A stretch of 63,335 nucleotides of DNA, the filler included, from Welwitschia mirabilis (taxonomy: Eukaryota), in NCBI GenBank assembly GCA_051453625.1. It is 7 parts of one record of this genome, joined end to end, with 100 filler letters (N's around TTAATTAATTAA, not from the genome) between each part and the next. Parts side by side here need not be neighbours in the genome. Positions count along the whole stretch, not along the records: positions 34,662 to 56,935 come from JBOZIK010000001.1; 6 more parts are not named here. One strand, given 5' to 3'. Positions 37,501-52,427 of this stretch are shown piece after piece. The notes under the pieces are model-generated. The model was not told where the DNA came from. It saw only the letters and a list, made by a program, of their open reading frames with translations, and did no database searches. How positions within the stretch are numbered: position 1 is the first letter of the stretch; each line of letters begins with the position of its first letter. The translations under genes were made by a program, and so were the position numbers.

Positions 37501-40239
37501 ATACAAGTATATTTCTTCCCTTAATGGTTTGTTAATACCAAATGTTTAAGTGGCTAAATCTTCTTCTTAGCCTAAGCTTACTTCATTGAGATAGCTTATT
37601 AGAATAACCATCATATTAGTCAAATAGAATAAAAGAAGCTTATTAAAGAAAAATTAGATTCCTTATTAAAAGTAAAAATCCATGTTAAAAGTTTAAGTGC
37701 ATCTAGAACTAATAATTACTACTATACATAAGAAAAATAAGTAGAATTTATGGAAAAATTGAATCCAATATGCAAATTCTATTTAAGTCAGGATATTATA
37801 CTTCTTTCTCTAACATTATGATATAGAAAGAAATAGTTGAAAATCTTATAGAAAAATAAGATAAAGGAATATTACAAGAATTTATAAATTCCTAGACTAA
37901 TGATCTAGATTAAGATGAAATTGCAATAAGCAATAAATTTATGGAGATGTTAATAAATCAAGCAGTCAAAGCAATTTTGTATTATGATAAAGATAAATAA
38001 AATAAAGAAGATACATAGATCAAAACTAGATTAAGGAGATAAAATAATTCTTAAGCAAGAAAATAAATATCTTGAACAAGAGGTCAATAAGGTGAAACAA
38101 AAAAAAAAACAAAAAAGAAAAAAGAAAAAGAAGAAGGAGAAGAACTAAGGAAAAAATTATTTAAAATGTTTTAAAAATATAAAATAAAGACCAAGATGCA
38201 TACATTCAACAAAAAAAAAAAAAGGTTATAAATACAAGGAATAAAATGAAGCACTTTATTAATATCTTAATAAAGCGTAATCATAGATGACTCATCTTGA
38301 AATAAAGTAAACTAGAGCTCTAAATAAATAGAAAAACACTTAAAGAACATAAGGAAGCATTTAAAAAATGCAATAAAATAGCTTAAGAACTTTGTTAAGC
38401 ATGAAACATTATTGATAGTATTTATGTCCAACTCAAGAATATTTATAAAAAATAAGCACATATTCAAGTTGAGCACTTTCCACAATAATCCAAGCCTCTT
38501 GAGCTTTAACAATCTACAAAGCATAAAGAAGCTATAGGATAAGATTTTAAGACAGCCATCATAGAAAGAGTAACCATTATAGAAGCAAGCAACAAAGTGA
38601 ATTTAGAAGTAGAAATATGATAAATGATCATAAATTATAGTTAAAATTTTATCATATTAATCATAATTTTTTTCCATATTTTGTTTACCCTTCTAAATTT
38701 TACTATTTTCATTAAAGTAATGAAAGAATAAGTTTATGCAAGATATTTTTATTTGTATTATTTTGGAACTTCATATAAGGGATAAAATAAGTCCACTAAA
38801 CATGAAATAAATAGATGAAGTAAGTGAGTCATCTTTCAAAAAAGGAAATAATATAATTTTTTAGTGTAAAAGAACAAATTGAAGCTAAATCACTAAGGGA
38901 AGATAAAGTAGCAAAATTGGCTATCAACCAAATAACACCTTAAATGAAATAGGGTACTTTAAAAAAAACTAAAATCTATGAAGTTTCTTAAAAATATTAT
39001 TGTCCTACTAATTACTAAATTTAAATTAAACAACCATGATAAAATACAAACTAGCTTCAAAGATGATAAGCCCAATAAAAATTTAGATTAAGGAATATAA
39101 AGATAAAGTAGTTTCAAATATGATAAATGATAAAAGAAATCCAAGTTAAAAATATTAAAGATGAAAAAAATACAAATGGATCCAAAAGTTAACAATCTAA
39201 AATTTCTATTCTATAGTGAAGTCAAAATTAAATGCGAGTGGTAGCAAGTTAATATAACTTACTTATCACTTGTTAACCTAGTAATGAAATATGAACTAGC
39301 ATGTTTCATTCTTCCTCTAAAAGATGCATCCTTTCTAGGGTAAGCAAAGTAGTATAAGATAAAGAAAATCCATTGAAATGGGATTAAAAAAGAAATACTT
39401 AAATTACATCAAGATTGAAGAGGAAAAAAGATGTAATAAGATAATTGAGGTTACAAAGACCTGAGTCTGTAGAATCAGGTAGGTAAGTGGTGATGAATCA
39501 CTTGCTTACATGCTTGTCAAAAATGTTATTCATAACAATGATTGATTTTTAACTTATTAAACTTTTTTATTAATGTAATATAACATATTATTTATATTAA
39601 TAATTAGGTTTATCCTTTCTTCTCTTTTCTATTATTTTAAAGCAAACTTCTCATATAACCACATTTATTTCTAAATATAATAAATTTACAAACTATAAAT
39701 CATTTAAACTTGATTCTAAAACATGGTCAATAAATGCTTTTACAATGAGGACTATTATAAATAATGAAATGCTAAGGAAAATGATAATTGAATACAAAAG
39801 AAAAATGAAAAATCATGTAGTAAGTTAAAGGTCAAAAATAAATTAGAAAGTATGTTACAGTTATTTTCTAGAAACTTTAATTAGTTACACTAAAGCTAAA
39901 TTGACTGTGAATATGGTGAATGATTTGCTATCAAATATAGAGTATGAAATATTATAGAATAATAGCATTTTATTTTTTAAGAATAGTGGTGGCATCTTAT
40001 AAGTAACATTTTTAGGCCTAAGATTTCGTATGAGGAGTTAGCAATTAGAATGAAAAATATTGAAGTTATAGGATAAATGCAAAAATTAACATAAATAGAG
40101 AATGAAATTTATTTTCATTATTTGAAAAAACCCCATTACATATATAGTTTGTAAAAAATAGAAAAATTACAATGCATGCTATTATAACTAAAAATAGATT
40201 AAAAAATAAAAAGGAAAGTGAATATTCTATGAGAGGTAA

Positions 40240-41900
40240 TCCTTTCATGTTTTGTTTAGTTCATCTTGTTTATTAGACATTTCCTTTTATTTCTTTAAGA
40301 TCTTCTTCATTTTACCCTATAGCTTTCCAATCCATGATTTTTGAGACTTTTATAGTTCTGTAAGAAATATATCAGTAGAAGTAGAGAAAGAATATTAAGG
40401 AATATGAGTGAAAGGAGGAGGAGAAGAATGGGAAGAATAAGGGGGATCAGAAGATTCACTAATGGATTATTTACCCTTTATTATTATGATATGTAGAGAG
40501 TATGATGAAGAAGAAACTTGCAAGGAAGGAGGAGAGGGCTCTTTAGGTACCTCTTCCTATGCTTTTTTTTCTTGTATTTCTTAGAGTTATTTTGGTATTC
40601 AATATTCATTCCTACACTAATTAAGATGGATAATTATTCATGATGAAATCTAGATACACTTGTATCTATTATCAATGTATGGTAAGATCTTCCTAGGGAT
40701 AAAATTTTTTAGGTATTAAATCCAACTTTTATCAATAATACTAGGACTTTTATTTATAGTATAGTCCTAGTGTTATTATTTCATAGAGATAGATAATGAA
40801 AAATATTAATAAAACAAGTTCAATAATAATGAGTAATACAGAGTAAAATTATATTAAAAAAAAAATCTAGGAATGGGACACAACATTCAGACTAGCATAA
40901 TAACTTTTTAAAAAAAACATNNNNNNNNNNNNNNNNNNNNNNNNNNNNNNNNNNNNNNNNNNNNNNNNNNNNNNNNNNNNNNNNNNNNNNNNNNNNNNNN
41001 NNNNNNNNNNNNNNNNNNNNAAGGAAAGTGAATATTCTATGAGAGGTCATCCTTTCATGTTTTTTCTAGTTCATCTTGTGTATTAAACATTTCCTTTTAT
41101 TTCTTTAAGATCTTCTTCATTTTACCCTATAGCTTTTCAATCCATGATTTTTGAGACTTTTATAGTTCTGTAAGAAATATATCACTAGAAGTAGAGAAAG
41201 AATATTAAGGAAGATGAGTCAAAGGAGGAGGAGAAGAATGGGAAGAATAAGGGGGATGAGAAGATTCACTAATGGATTATTCACCCTTTATTATTATGAT
41301 ATGTAGAGAATATGATGAAGAAGGAACTTGTAAGGAAGGAGGAGAGGGCTCTTCAGGTGCCTCTTCCTATGCTTTTTTTTCCTTGTATTTCTAAGAGTTA
41401 TTTTGGTATTCAATATTCATTCCTACACTAATTAAGATAATTATTCATGATGAAATCTAGATACACTTGTATCTATTATCGATGTATGGTAAGATCTTCC
41501 TAGGGATAAAATTTTTTAGGTACTAAATCCAACTTTTATCAATAATACTAGGACTTTTATTTATAGTATAGTCCTACTGTTATTATTTCATAGAGATAGA
41601 TAATGAAAAATATTAATAAAACAAGTGCAATAATAATGAGTAATACAGAGTAAAATTATATAAAAAAAAATCTAGGAATGGGACATAACATTCAAACTAG
41701 CATAATAACTTTTTAAAAAAAACATAAGTAATAAAGTGAATTCCTGTAGCTTTTATTTCTAACTCAAGCATAGTGGCATAATCTAATCCATCATATACAT
41801 GAGTGCTCTTGTTGATTTAGCTTGAATATAATGGCATAATATCATCCATCATAGATATTAAGGTGACATATCCAAGCCATCTAGACTTCACACCAAGAAT
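40240..41900 (-). pseudogene. Relic of a retroelement extra/env-like ORF (Ser/Pro-rich segment plus coiled coil); 40211-40920 duplicated at 41021-41725
   Basis: Minus strand: ...KSYYASL...ILPY...EEVPKEPSPPSLQVSSSS..KGK*SISESSDPP..FSTSTDIFLTEL*KSQKSWIGKL*GKMKKILKK. Homologous to 54480-55500. Confidence 0.55.
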
Positions 41901-43299
41901 AAAATAAGCATGAAAAGTAAGAATTTCTTAAGATCCATCAAATAAGCATTTAGGTTATACAAGCTATAATGGAAAGAAGAATCACTAAAAAGATCTTAAA
42001 ATAAAATAATGCCTTAGTTAATCCTAATCCTAATAAGTATGAGATCCATTGAAACTTGATGTCAAAGTAATGCACCAAGAACATGAAACACTTTATTATT
42101 AGAAAGTCAAAGCATAAAGTCTATAAAGGTACTCAAGCTAAACCAAAAAGCATCATGCTAGCTTAGTATCTAGCCCATCGCGNNNNNNNNNNNNNNNNNN
42201 NNNNNNNNNNNNNNNNNNNNNNNNNNNNNNNNNNNNNNNNNNNNNNNNNNNNNNNNNNNNNNNNNNNNNNNNNNNNNNNNNNNNNNNNNNNNNNNNNNNN
42301 NNNNNNNNNNNNNNNNNNNNNNNNNNNNNNNNNNNNNNNNNNNNNNNNNNNNNNNNNNNNNNNNNNNNNNNNNNNNNNNNNNNNNNNNNNNNNNNNNNNN
42401 NNNNNNNNNNNNNNNNNNNNNNNNNNNNNNNNNNNNNNNNNNNNNNNNNNNNNNNNNNNNNNNNNNNNNNNNNNNNNNNNNNNNNNNNNNNNNNNNNNNN
42501 NNNNNNNNNNNNNNNNNNNNNNNNNNNNNNNNNNNNNNNNNNNNNNNNNNNNNNNNNNNNNNNNNNNNNNNNNNNNNNNNNNNNNNNNNNNNNNNNNNNN
42601 NNNNNNNNNNNNNNNNNNNNNNNNNNNNNNNNNNNNNNNNNNNNNNNNNNNNNNNNNNNNNNNNGCACTAAGAACATGAAACACTTTATTATTAGAAAGT
42701 CAAAGCATAAAGTCTATAAAGGTACTCAAGCTAAATCAAAAAGCATCATGCTAGCTTAGTATCTAGCCCATCCCTATGAGAGGCTTAGAAATAAGTCATG
42801 ACTAAAAATACTATTCCACATTACAAAATTAAAGTTAAAGTCCAAATTTAATAATAAATATTTAGAGACCATATAAAGATAAACCTAATAATACATTAAT
42901 TGGTTAAAAAATAAAGTATCTTTTTTTTAATATAGTTATTGATTGTTATATAATTACATTGCCTCCATGCATTCTTCCAATCCTAAATTAGTGGTCAAAG
43001 ATAAATACATAGACTACAACATTAACCCCCTTCTTGGGATTCTTGAGGATTAGGCAAGGTTATGATTGGTTACATTCACCTAGTCTATCCACCTCCACCT
43101 AATATCATAGGCTTAAAACTCAAGATAAAAGGATATAGTGTTACAAATTAAGGGTCACACCCTTTTGTTATATAATAATCTCTATTAATTACATAGTAAT
43201 AACTCTTACTAAATAATTAGTTAATTACAAAGTGATTTTAGAACATTATACTTTCTTCCCCTTAATTTATTAACTCATCATCAAGCTGAAGTCCTTTAG

Positions 43300-46200
43300 T
43301 AAATGGAGTACTTATGTCTACATCCACTGGTTGTTCCTCATCTACCTTCATTGCTATTTCTACAATAATTTGTTTTGGTGTACAAGTCAATTTATAAATA
43401 AAGAAAAACAAACATGTACCATAAAATAATCCATTTTTCAATTAAATAGCTAAGGAAAGATTTATTTCATGAATTCTTTTTTCTCTTATGTGTTTTAATC
43501 ATAATGGGTTTATTTAATTAGTACTTTACTAATGATATTGTTTTAGCATTTTCTAATATGGAATTTTAGAATTTCTTTAGGTCATATGTCAAATGTTAAA
43601 TTTAATCTTAGGAGGATGTATTTTTAGTTAAGTTTATAGTCCTAGATTTTATCTTCATGGTATGGTTTCAATCGGTTGGCATGAAATACATGGTATATTC
43701 TAAACAACTTTAGTAATAACTCTAATTTATAAGTCAACTTTCTACTTCTTTTTGTGATGTTGAATAGACTACAATATTAAGGGAGTAGATTCTAATATTT
43801 TCAAATATTCACAAACTTTTTATTGGTTTAACTTATAGGAAAACTTAATCTTCTATTTGAAAGACTCTATTCAAATGTTTTTTATCATAAAACTTCTTAT
43901 ATCTATCTTAAAATGGCTCTAGTTACCTCTTTATTATGATTTATAATCTCCTCCATTTCCTTTACTTCAAAGTTTCTTCTTTCTGCCTATTTTTGTATGG
44001 GATTCAACCATGTTACTAGGGATAAAACAATTTTTTTCGTACATGGATTCAAAGGGTGAGTAGTATATGGAAGTCTAAAAAATATTGTTATATGCAAATT
44101 CTACTAAATGTAGATAGCTCTCCTAGTTTCTAAGCTTTCCTCCTACATAACATCATAGTATATTCTCTAATATTCAATTAACTCTGCCTATTTATGTATC
44201 GATTCTAGAATGGTAGGAAGTACTAAACTAAAGCTTGGTTCCAAGATGGTGAAAGAATATTTACCAAAATCATGATAAGAACTTAGGATCACAATCAAAG
44301 ATAATGATCTATGATGTTCCATGTCATATAAAAATATCCTAGATGAAACACAACACTAACTCTTCTATAGTGTTTATACTTTTAACAAGAATAAAATTAA
44401 CTATCTTAGTTAATCTATGAAGGCAAATAAAAATAGAGTCATAATCTCTTTTGATTAGTGGTAAATCATTAATGAAGGCCATCTTGATTTTCTTTCACTT
44501 TTATTTAGGAATGTTGAGGGGTTACAAGTGTTCCCCTATTTTTACTTCTTCATTATTATCTTATTGATAAATTATATAGTTTTTTATGTATTATTTTAAC
44601 TCCATTTCCATTCTTAACTAAAATAAGTATTTCCTTAACATATTGAAAATTTGGACCCCTTAGTATCCTACATAGGATATGTTGTGCATTTTGGACCTTA
44701 GTTTTCTTCTCCATTTTCCTTGAGGAATACACAGTCACTTCTTTTTCAATAAATATCCATCTTGAAAAATTGTAAAAGTACCTATAGTTCAGCCTTTATA
44801 TAACATAAAAATTATTTTTCTAATGTAAAGGTAATTAAAAAGCTTTTTCTTCAAGTAATTGACAAGATCGGAGGTCATTATGATGAGAAGCATACACACC
44901 ATCTAGCTTAAAGCATCTATGACTTTGTTTTATTTTCTTAGTATGTATTAAAGATCAAAATCATATTATGCTAGTAGTTCTCTTTAGTTTCTTTGTCTCA
45001 TGTTTAACAATTATTTCTTCTGGAAGTACTACAAACTTTATAGTCTATTTTTAGTTGGAATTTTCCTTCAAGTAAATAATATCTTTAATATTTCAAAGTA
45101 TGAACTATAACTAATAGTTTAAGATCATGGACAAAGCAATTTTTTTTATGTTGATCTAGTTTTCAGGATTTTATACCACTTCTTTACCTTCTTAACTTTA
45201 TGTCTTAAGCTGAGATGCCTATGGTAACTGTGAATGATTTCTTTACATTTATAATCATTAAAATTGGTCTCGATGCTAACAAAAGATTTATTCTTAAAAG
45301 GAATGTTTGCATTTTGGAGTAAAATAAAAGATTAATATTTATTTTTTTATGCCTAAAAGTGGGACTACCAATTACAGAAATCTAGAATGAATTTTGGGTA
45401 GACTCTTGCTAATCTTAAGAAATTTTAGACTTTTGTTACATTTCTTAGGTCAGACCATTCTTAGACTACTTATATCTTTAAAAAGTCTATCGTAATTTGA
45501 TTTTTAGAGATAATGTATCCTAAGTAGTTTAAATTTATTTGAAATAAGTCACATTTGCTTAGTTTGGCCTTGAAATCATCTCGCAATATTGTAAAACATT
45601 ACTAAGGTGATCTACATGTGTTTATTTATCCCTTAAGTAGACCAAAATGTTGTTTAAGAATACTATTATGAATTTATCTAGATATGAGTCAATAAAATTA
45701 TTCATTAAAATCATGAAAGTTTCTAGTGGATTGGTAAGTCTAAATGGAATTACCATGAATTCATAGTACTCCTATCTAGTTTGGACTGCTATTTTGCAAA
45801 CATCTTTTTATTTAGTTCTTATCTATGGTATTCTAATCTTAAATGAATTTTTGAGAAGAGTTTTGTTCCCTATAATTGATCTTGGAGATCATTAATTCTT
45901 GGTATGAGGTATTTGTTTTTTTTTATTATATTATTTAGCTACTACTATTCTATGCATACTCTTAAGATTCCATCTTTCTTTTTGATAAATACAATAAGAA
46001 TGCTTCAAGGAGATACATGTAGATAAATATTTATTTCTAGTAGTAATTGTTCTAATTGTAGTTTAAACTCTCTTAGTTCTATTACTAATAATGTATATCA
46101 GGCTATTACTAATACTTGTTCTCCTAAGATTAAGTTAATGGTGTATTCTATCTTCTATTTGGATGGCATATCTATTATTTCTTTGAGTATCATACTAAAT

Positions 46201-47500
46201 TTTTGTAGCCCTTCTGGAATCTCCTACTGTAAACTTGTACTTTCATGTTTGATTATTGTCCAGAATAATTATTTCTAAGTTCTTGCTTTTATAATCTAGT
46301 TCCTAGCTTCTAAGAAGATTTTCTCATTCTTTCCCTCTACTTTAAGCATTTGGTCTCTGAATGAAGATAAAACTATTAGTATTATTTGTGAAAAATTTAT
46401 TTTAATGTTGTAGTTGATAATAAAGGACATTTCCAGGATGTTTTCATTACTGTCAATAGTAAGGGTATAAAATGTTTCTCAAAACTTGAGATCCTAGATT
46501 ATAAAGATTATCAATCCTTCTATTTCATTCCATATAAGGCTGTCTCATCCTACTATTTCTATGAAGGATTTTAATTCTTGGAATAGAGTGATGTTTAATA
46601 TTTGAAATAAAAAGGAGGAGATAAAATTGTAAAAATCACTACTATTGATTAAAAATAAAACTAGAAAATGTAAAAAATACCCTTAGTAATTCTAGAATAG
46701 AAAAATGATTTGTTACTGAACTTGTATGGACTATAATATAAAATTTTTTAATAGGTGGTCTAGGACATGATTTAGTCTGAGGTTGATTTCAAGTAAAAGG
46801 TATAGTTCCAAGGGCCTTAAACAAATAATTCCTTAGTATGTGGCCTTTCTTCTTACATTTATGGTATATAATATTACTTATGAATTCTTCCCTAGGAGGT
46901 TGATTCCTACTAGTAATAAACCTTATAGTTTATCCAATTTGGTTCTTTATCCATCTATTATCTTATTCTTCCAAGTAGTATTTTATCTTCCTATAAGCAT
47001 CCATAATAGATTTAACTTCCAGAGTATAGAGGATGCTTTGTACTTTGAGGGGTAGTATTCTAATGAAACTATTAATAAGATACTTTTTTAAATAAGTTTT
47101 TTAAATACTTCATTACATACTAAAATGATCACCAATGTTCATATAATAAACATTTTTCTAAATTTAGACATTGAAATTCCACCATCTAATCTTTAATAAA
47201 ATCATCAGAAATGAACTTCTTTTTGAATTCTTCCATAAAATTTTTTAGTGTACTCCTATGATTTAATTTTTGTTTGCATTGAAGCCACCACTATTTTTCA
47301 TTTCTAATAAGAAAGATGGCAACATTTATTTTTCATTTCTAATGATAAAGGTGGTAGCATGGATGCATCTTAATTCTAGTGGAGTATTATGGAGTGTGAA
47401 GTATTTCTCTATTTGTTGAAGTCATGATATGGATTTCTTATTAGTTTCTTATTTACCCTTATAAAATTGCAAATGGATCATTTTATCTTTTATTACTCGA
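43300..47500 (-). pseudogene. Ty3/Gypsy gag-pol, degraded
   Basis: gag IS*LQQIEKYF...WWLQ...EEFKK (47480-47210). RT TR*EYYEFMVIPFRLTNPLETFMILMN..YLDKFIIVFLNNILVY (45790-45635). Integrase DGYLLKKK*LCIPQG (44760-44720) and YSPFESMY (~44060). Confidence 0.85.
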
Positions 47501-47984
47501 TCTTTCTTCTACTGTTAGTTTATTTAATATATTTTATGGAAATGCTTGAAGNNNNNNNNNTGTGTTTAAAAGCCTAACTTATAGGCTTTAAAGATTAAGA
47601 TGTCTAGTTGGAGAGTTATCTCTAGAAGTAGAGAGTTATTTTGGTAGTTCTTATAGGTTCTATTTTATTAAGTGATTAGATTATTTTATACATGAAAGGA
47701 GTAAGTACATGTTATTAGAGGTCTCTTAATTCTATGAGCAAACATCATTTAATTAATTCTCAATGATTTCTATTTGAGAATTTACTATCTGCTCCAATGC
47801 TTTCTAATGTGTTTTTTGTCTTTCTTCTACTATTCTCTCTTTCTAGTGGGCCATAATAACCTTTAAATAGGTTTATTTTTAAAAGGTTATTTCTACAACT
47901 ATCAAAGTAGCTAGTAATGTTTAGTAACTACTAGATTAGTTTACTAACTTGCGTAATTGTCCTAACTATTATAACTACTGTAGA

Positions 47985-49555
47985 GATAGGAAACTTTGAC
48001 TTCAATCTCCAACTCTAACATTAGAATTTAATGACCAAGTATGAGATGAGACTTTGATTAGCTAAGTGTGATATTAGTTTTCTATCAACTAAGTATGATG
48101 TTAGATTCTAGCTATGACATTAGACTTTGATAACCAAGTATAATGTCAAATATTAATTATCTAAGTTTAAGATGGAATTTCAATTATGATGGCAGACTTT
48201 ATTAATTAAGTATAACATTGGAATTTAATGGGATAAGTATAATGGCAAATATTTATTAACTAATTATAAAATTAGAACCAAATGCTATATCAAACTTTGA
48301 ATTCCAACTATGATGTTAGCCTTCAGTAACTAAGTATGATGTAAACATTAGTTGGTTAAGTGTGACATCAGATTTCAACTAAAATGTTAGAATTTAGGAT
48401 AAAGTATAACACTAGACTTTTGTGGAATAAGTGTAACATTAGGATTTTAGTGGAAAAACTATAACATTAGGCCTCTAGTGGAATAAGTGTGACATCAGGC
48501 CTCTAAAGGTTAAGTGAAATGTTAGGCTTTTGATGAGATAATTCCAAGGTTAGGATTCATGCAGGACAAGTGCAACATTAGACTTTTGGTAGGACAAGTA
48601 TGACATTAGCCTTTTAGGAATCAAGTGCAACATTAGATCTCTGAGGATCAAGTGTGATGTTAGACTTTCATTGGGATAAGTATAACACCAAACCTTTAAT
48701 GGGACAAGTGTAACATTAGAATTCTGATAGAATAAGTATGAAATTAGGCTTCTGATGAGACAAGTAAAATGTTAGGCTTTTGGTAGAATAAGTGAAATGT
48801 TAGACTTCTTATGAGACAAGTGTGAGGTTAGGCCTCTAACAAAAAAAGTGCCATGTTAAGCTTTTGGGATAAGTACGATGTCAGGCCTCTAAGGGTGAAG
48901 TGCAACATTAGCTTTTCTAAAGCAACTATGATGTTAGAGATAAGTCTCATGATTATAATGTCAGATCTATTAGACAATTGTAACATTTGAGGTGAGGCTT
49001 ATAACTATGACATTAGGCTTATAAGATAATTATAACATTGAATATGGATTTCATAATTACAATGTTAGACCTATAAAAATGATGTAATATATGAGATCCA
49101 TGACTGTGACATTAGCTCTATGAAACAGCCATAACATTTAAGGTGGACCTCATAAATGTGATGTTAGACCTATGAGGTAAGTGTAACATTGAAGGTGGAA
49201 CCCATAACTATAACGTTAGGTTAGTAAAATAATAATGACATTGAAGATGGATCTTATAACTCAAACATTAGATCTATGAGGTAAATGTATATTAGAGGTA
49301 AGATCTATGATTGTGATGTTAGGTTTATGAGATAACTATGAGGTTGGAGGTTGGCCTTATAATTATGACACTAGATCTATAAGACAAGTGTAGTGTTGGA
49401 GGTGAAACCCATAATTATGATGTTAGACTTGTAATCCAAGTGTAATTTTAAGTGTAAGAATCATGACTACAATGTTAGGCCTATGAAGTAATTGTAACAT
49501 TGGAGATAGGATTCATAAATATGATGTCAGACTATGAACTAAGTATAACATCAAG
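47985..49555. repeat. Degenerate tandem repeat array with core AAGT(G/A)T(G/A)A(C/T)(A/G)TTAG
   Basis: Dozens of diverged units: ~20/26 bp on the left, ~28 bp in the middle (GGACAAGTGCAACATTAGACTTTTGGTA) and ~52 bp dimeric units on the right (unit starts at 49151, 49203, ~49255). Confidence 0.9.
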
Positions 49556-52427
49556 TTTTCTCATTTAAAACTCACATAGGCTTCTTACCTTAGGTTAATG
49601 AGACTATAATTAAGTTTTTTACTAAAGTTAAAAAACTATTTTAACCTTAGGTATTTTTCATTATAAATAAGTATTGGCCTCTTCATTTATTTTTTAAATT
49701 TTCCTTTCACACATGAAGTGGTCCAACCTTCTTCTTATTCCCATTTTTTTTTGGTTTTCTTTTCCTATTTCTCTTAAATCTCTTTTTGCATTATCCTTTA
49801 TGATTTTTTTCTTTATGAATTCCTTTCCTTATAGGTGATATCAGGTACAAATTTTTTTATAGAAGCTCCTTTACATTTTAGTCTTCTTTTATCAACTTTT
49901 TCCTCTATTATTTAAGGTATGGCCTAATCTATTTTTTTCAATATTTCTTAAAATTTCACTCATGTTCATTTTATTAAACTAGAGATTCAAGTGAGGGCTT
50001 CCCAGTTAGGTTTTTCTTAGGTGTTTTATTTAAATTTAATTAATCTTTATGATTTTTCTTTCTTCCATCTTTAATATCCTACCATCTTATATATATTATA
50101 TTTATTATGTACTTCTTTCAATCTTTAAACTAATACCAATCTATACCCCGTACATAGTCCTATTATTATCTTAGAGGAGAGCATTCATTTTACCTTTGGT
50201 TTGAGTGAGGAAAATAGCATTTCCTTTAAAGAAACTCATTTGAATTCTAATTTTAGGGATTTTTTGGATAATAAATTAGATGAGTTTATTTTTATAAGGG
50301 AGATAAATACCCATAGGCATGGTGTTACTATTACAAACTTTGTAACTCCCTAAGATACTACCTATAGATAGTTGATTGCTTTTTAATCCTTCCTTCATGA
50401 TTATTCTAGTGAAATCCCTTATTATGTCATATATTTAATTCCTTTGTTTATTAAGATTATTTATTTTAATTAAACCTATGTTATTTAATCTTATACCTTA
50501 CCATAATTTATTCATCTTAAAATATATGGAGATAGGAGAAGTGCTTTGTGGATATGTACTTTTAGGATTACACTTCATAAGCACTAGGCTTGAAAGTTTA
50601 TAGTAGTTTTATTCTTCTTTAATTAATTCCTTATCCTTGCTTGTTCCAATGAATTTACCCTATTAACCCTTACTCATTCATGCTCTTCTAGTTTAATGAA
50701 AGGAAAAGATTCATGTTTATATAATTCTAGAGATTCTTCTAAGGGTACTTTTTCTATTTTCTCTTAAGTAGGAAATTTAGCTACTTATTTATTGAATAAT
50801 AATATAATATTAATTTGGCATTCTTTTCTTCATGATATGGAGATAAATAAAGCCACTACTTTTAGTACTTAATACTTCTTACATTATTATAAGAATAAGA
50901 AACTAGTGCAACTAATTTTTTATGAGGTAACTGAGGAGGATCTGCTTCTTAGCTTTCATCATTAAACTTGGACTTGCAAGTTGTACTTTTGTCTTCTATT
51001 ATTTTATCATTCTTCCCTCTATTTCTCATTTCTTTCATTTAACAAGGAATTAGTACTTTTGAAATTCTTATTTTTTAAGGGTTTAGAGAATATACCTATT
51101 GTAGATAAGAAAGAAGTGGAGTTTATCTCCTTGTGTGCTCTAGAAGATTTAAAATAAATGAAGAAGCTAGATCATTATAGTTAGTGATTTCATATTTTCA
51201 TTTTTCTCTAGCTTCTCGTGATTGCTTTTAGACTTAAATCTTGATGATCATAGTTTATATTTCAATGATCTGCTATTTAAGGAAGGCATGTTCTATTCCA
51301 CCTACTATTTTCTTCATCTACACCATAGGATCTACTAGTTATTAAAAAATCTCCATAAACTTTTCCTTTTCATTATTCTATACTTAAGAGAATTTTTAAT
51401 GAGGTAGCTTAGATTACTTACTATAAAAATTAAATACTTTTGGTGCTAGAGTTTCTTACTCCATGGATTAAAAAATTTCTAAATAAAATTATAAAATTTC
51501 AAGTTTTTTAGAATATTTTTCATACTTAGTTGATCCATCCCTTATGGGTCGATGACGTTTATTCATTTTTTTCCTCTCATTATGTTAATTTTTCTAATAA
51601 CTATGAGTGAAGTAATAGAGATCACTTTACCCTCCATTGTACTCCTTAGCTAGAATGGCCATAATAGGTAAAGGATTTTCATAGTTTAATAGACACACTA
51701 GAATCGTTTTATTATATGGCTTATCATGGGGTAGAGCAGTAAACACTAAAATGATACCATTCACATGCTATAGGTAATGTTGTTTTCTTTTATATTTATT
51801 TAAATTATGTATCTTTTTATTTTTTGGTACCAATCATCCTTTTTATTATGAAACAAAGCATAGAATTTTTACCTTTATGAGAAGAAATATAAGGTGGATG
51901 ATTCTTGATTGGTATCTTTATAGGCTTAACATGCCCAAATTTTTATATGACTAACAAAGAGTGAATAAATGGCTTAGACTTGTATGAACTAACTAGATAT
52001 TACCATAAATGACATTGTGGCTATATATCATGGTGATGAATTGTTTAAGGAGCATCTACTTAGTAATTTAATATATTACAATACACTTCATATGAAGTTA
52101 AATCAAAATAATTTTTTCATTTATTTTAAATCTACTATGGCATTATCATCTTAGGATTTTAGGTATTGGATCATTTCGCTTCCCACAATACTAAGATGAT
52201 AGAACGATAGGAGCCTTCTTTATATTCATTAGATGATTTTCCTCATTTTAAAGAAGCCTCATTCTTAAATTTTATTCTACTACTTTTTGAATGTCTACTT
52301 TAGAGTGTTTTGGAGTTTCTTATTTTTGTACTAAATTTGCATAATGAAAGAAATTATGTGCCTCTATTCTTAATATTATTTCTTTTGTTTCATGTGGATC
52401 TGAAAGATAATTATTTACTACCTTTCT

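Noticed and set aside
47985..49555. CRISPR-like appearance of the ~28-bp periodic array
   Set aside because: Units are contiguous diverged repeats with no unique spacers, there are no cas genes, and the context is a plant retrotransposon.
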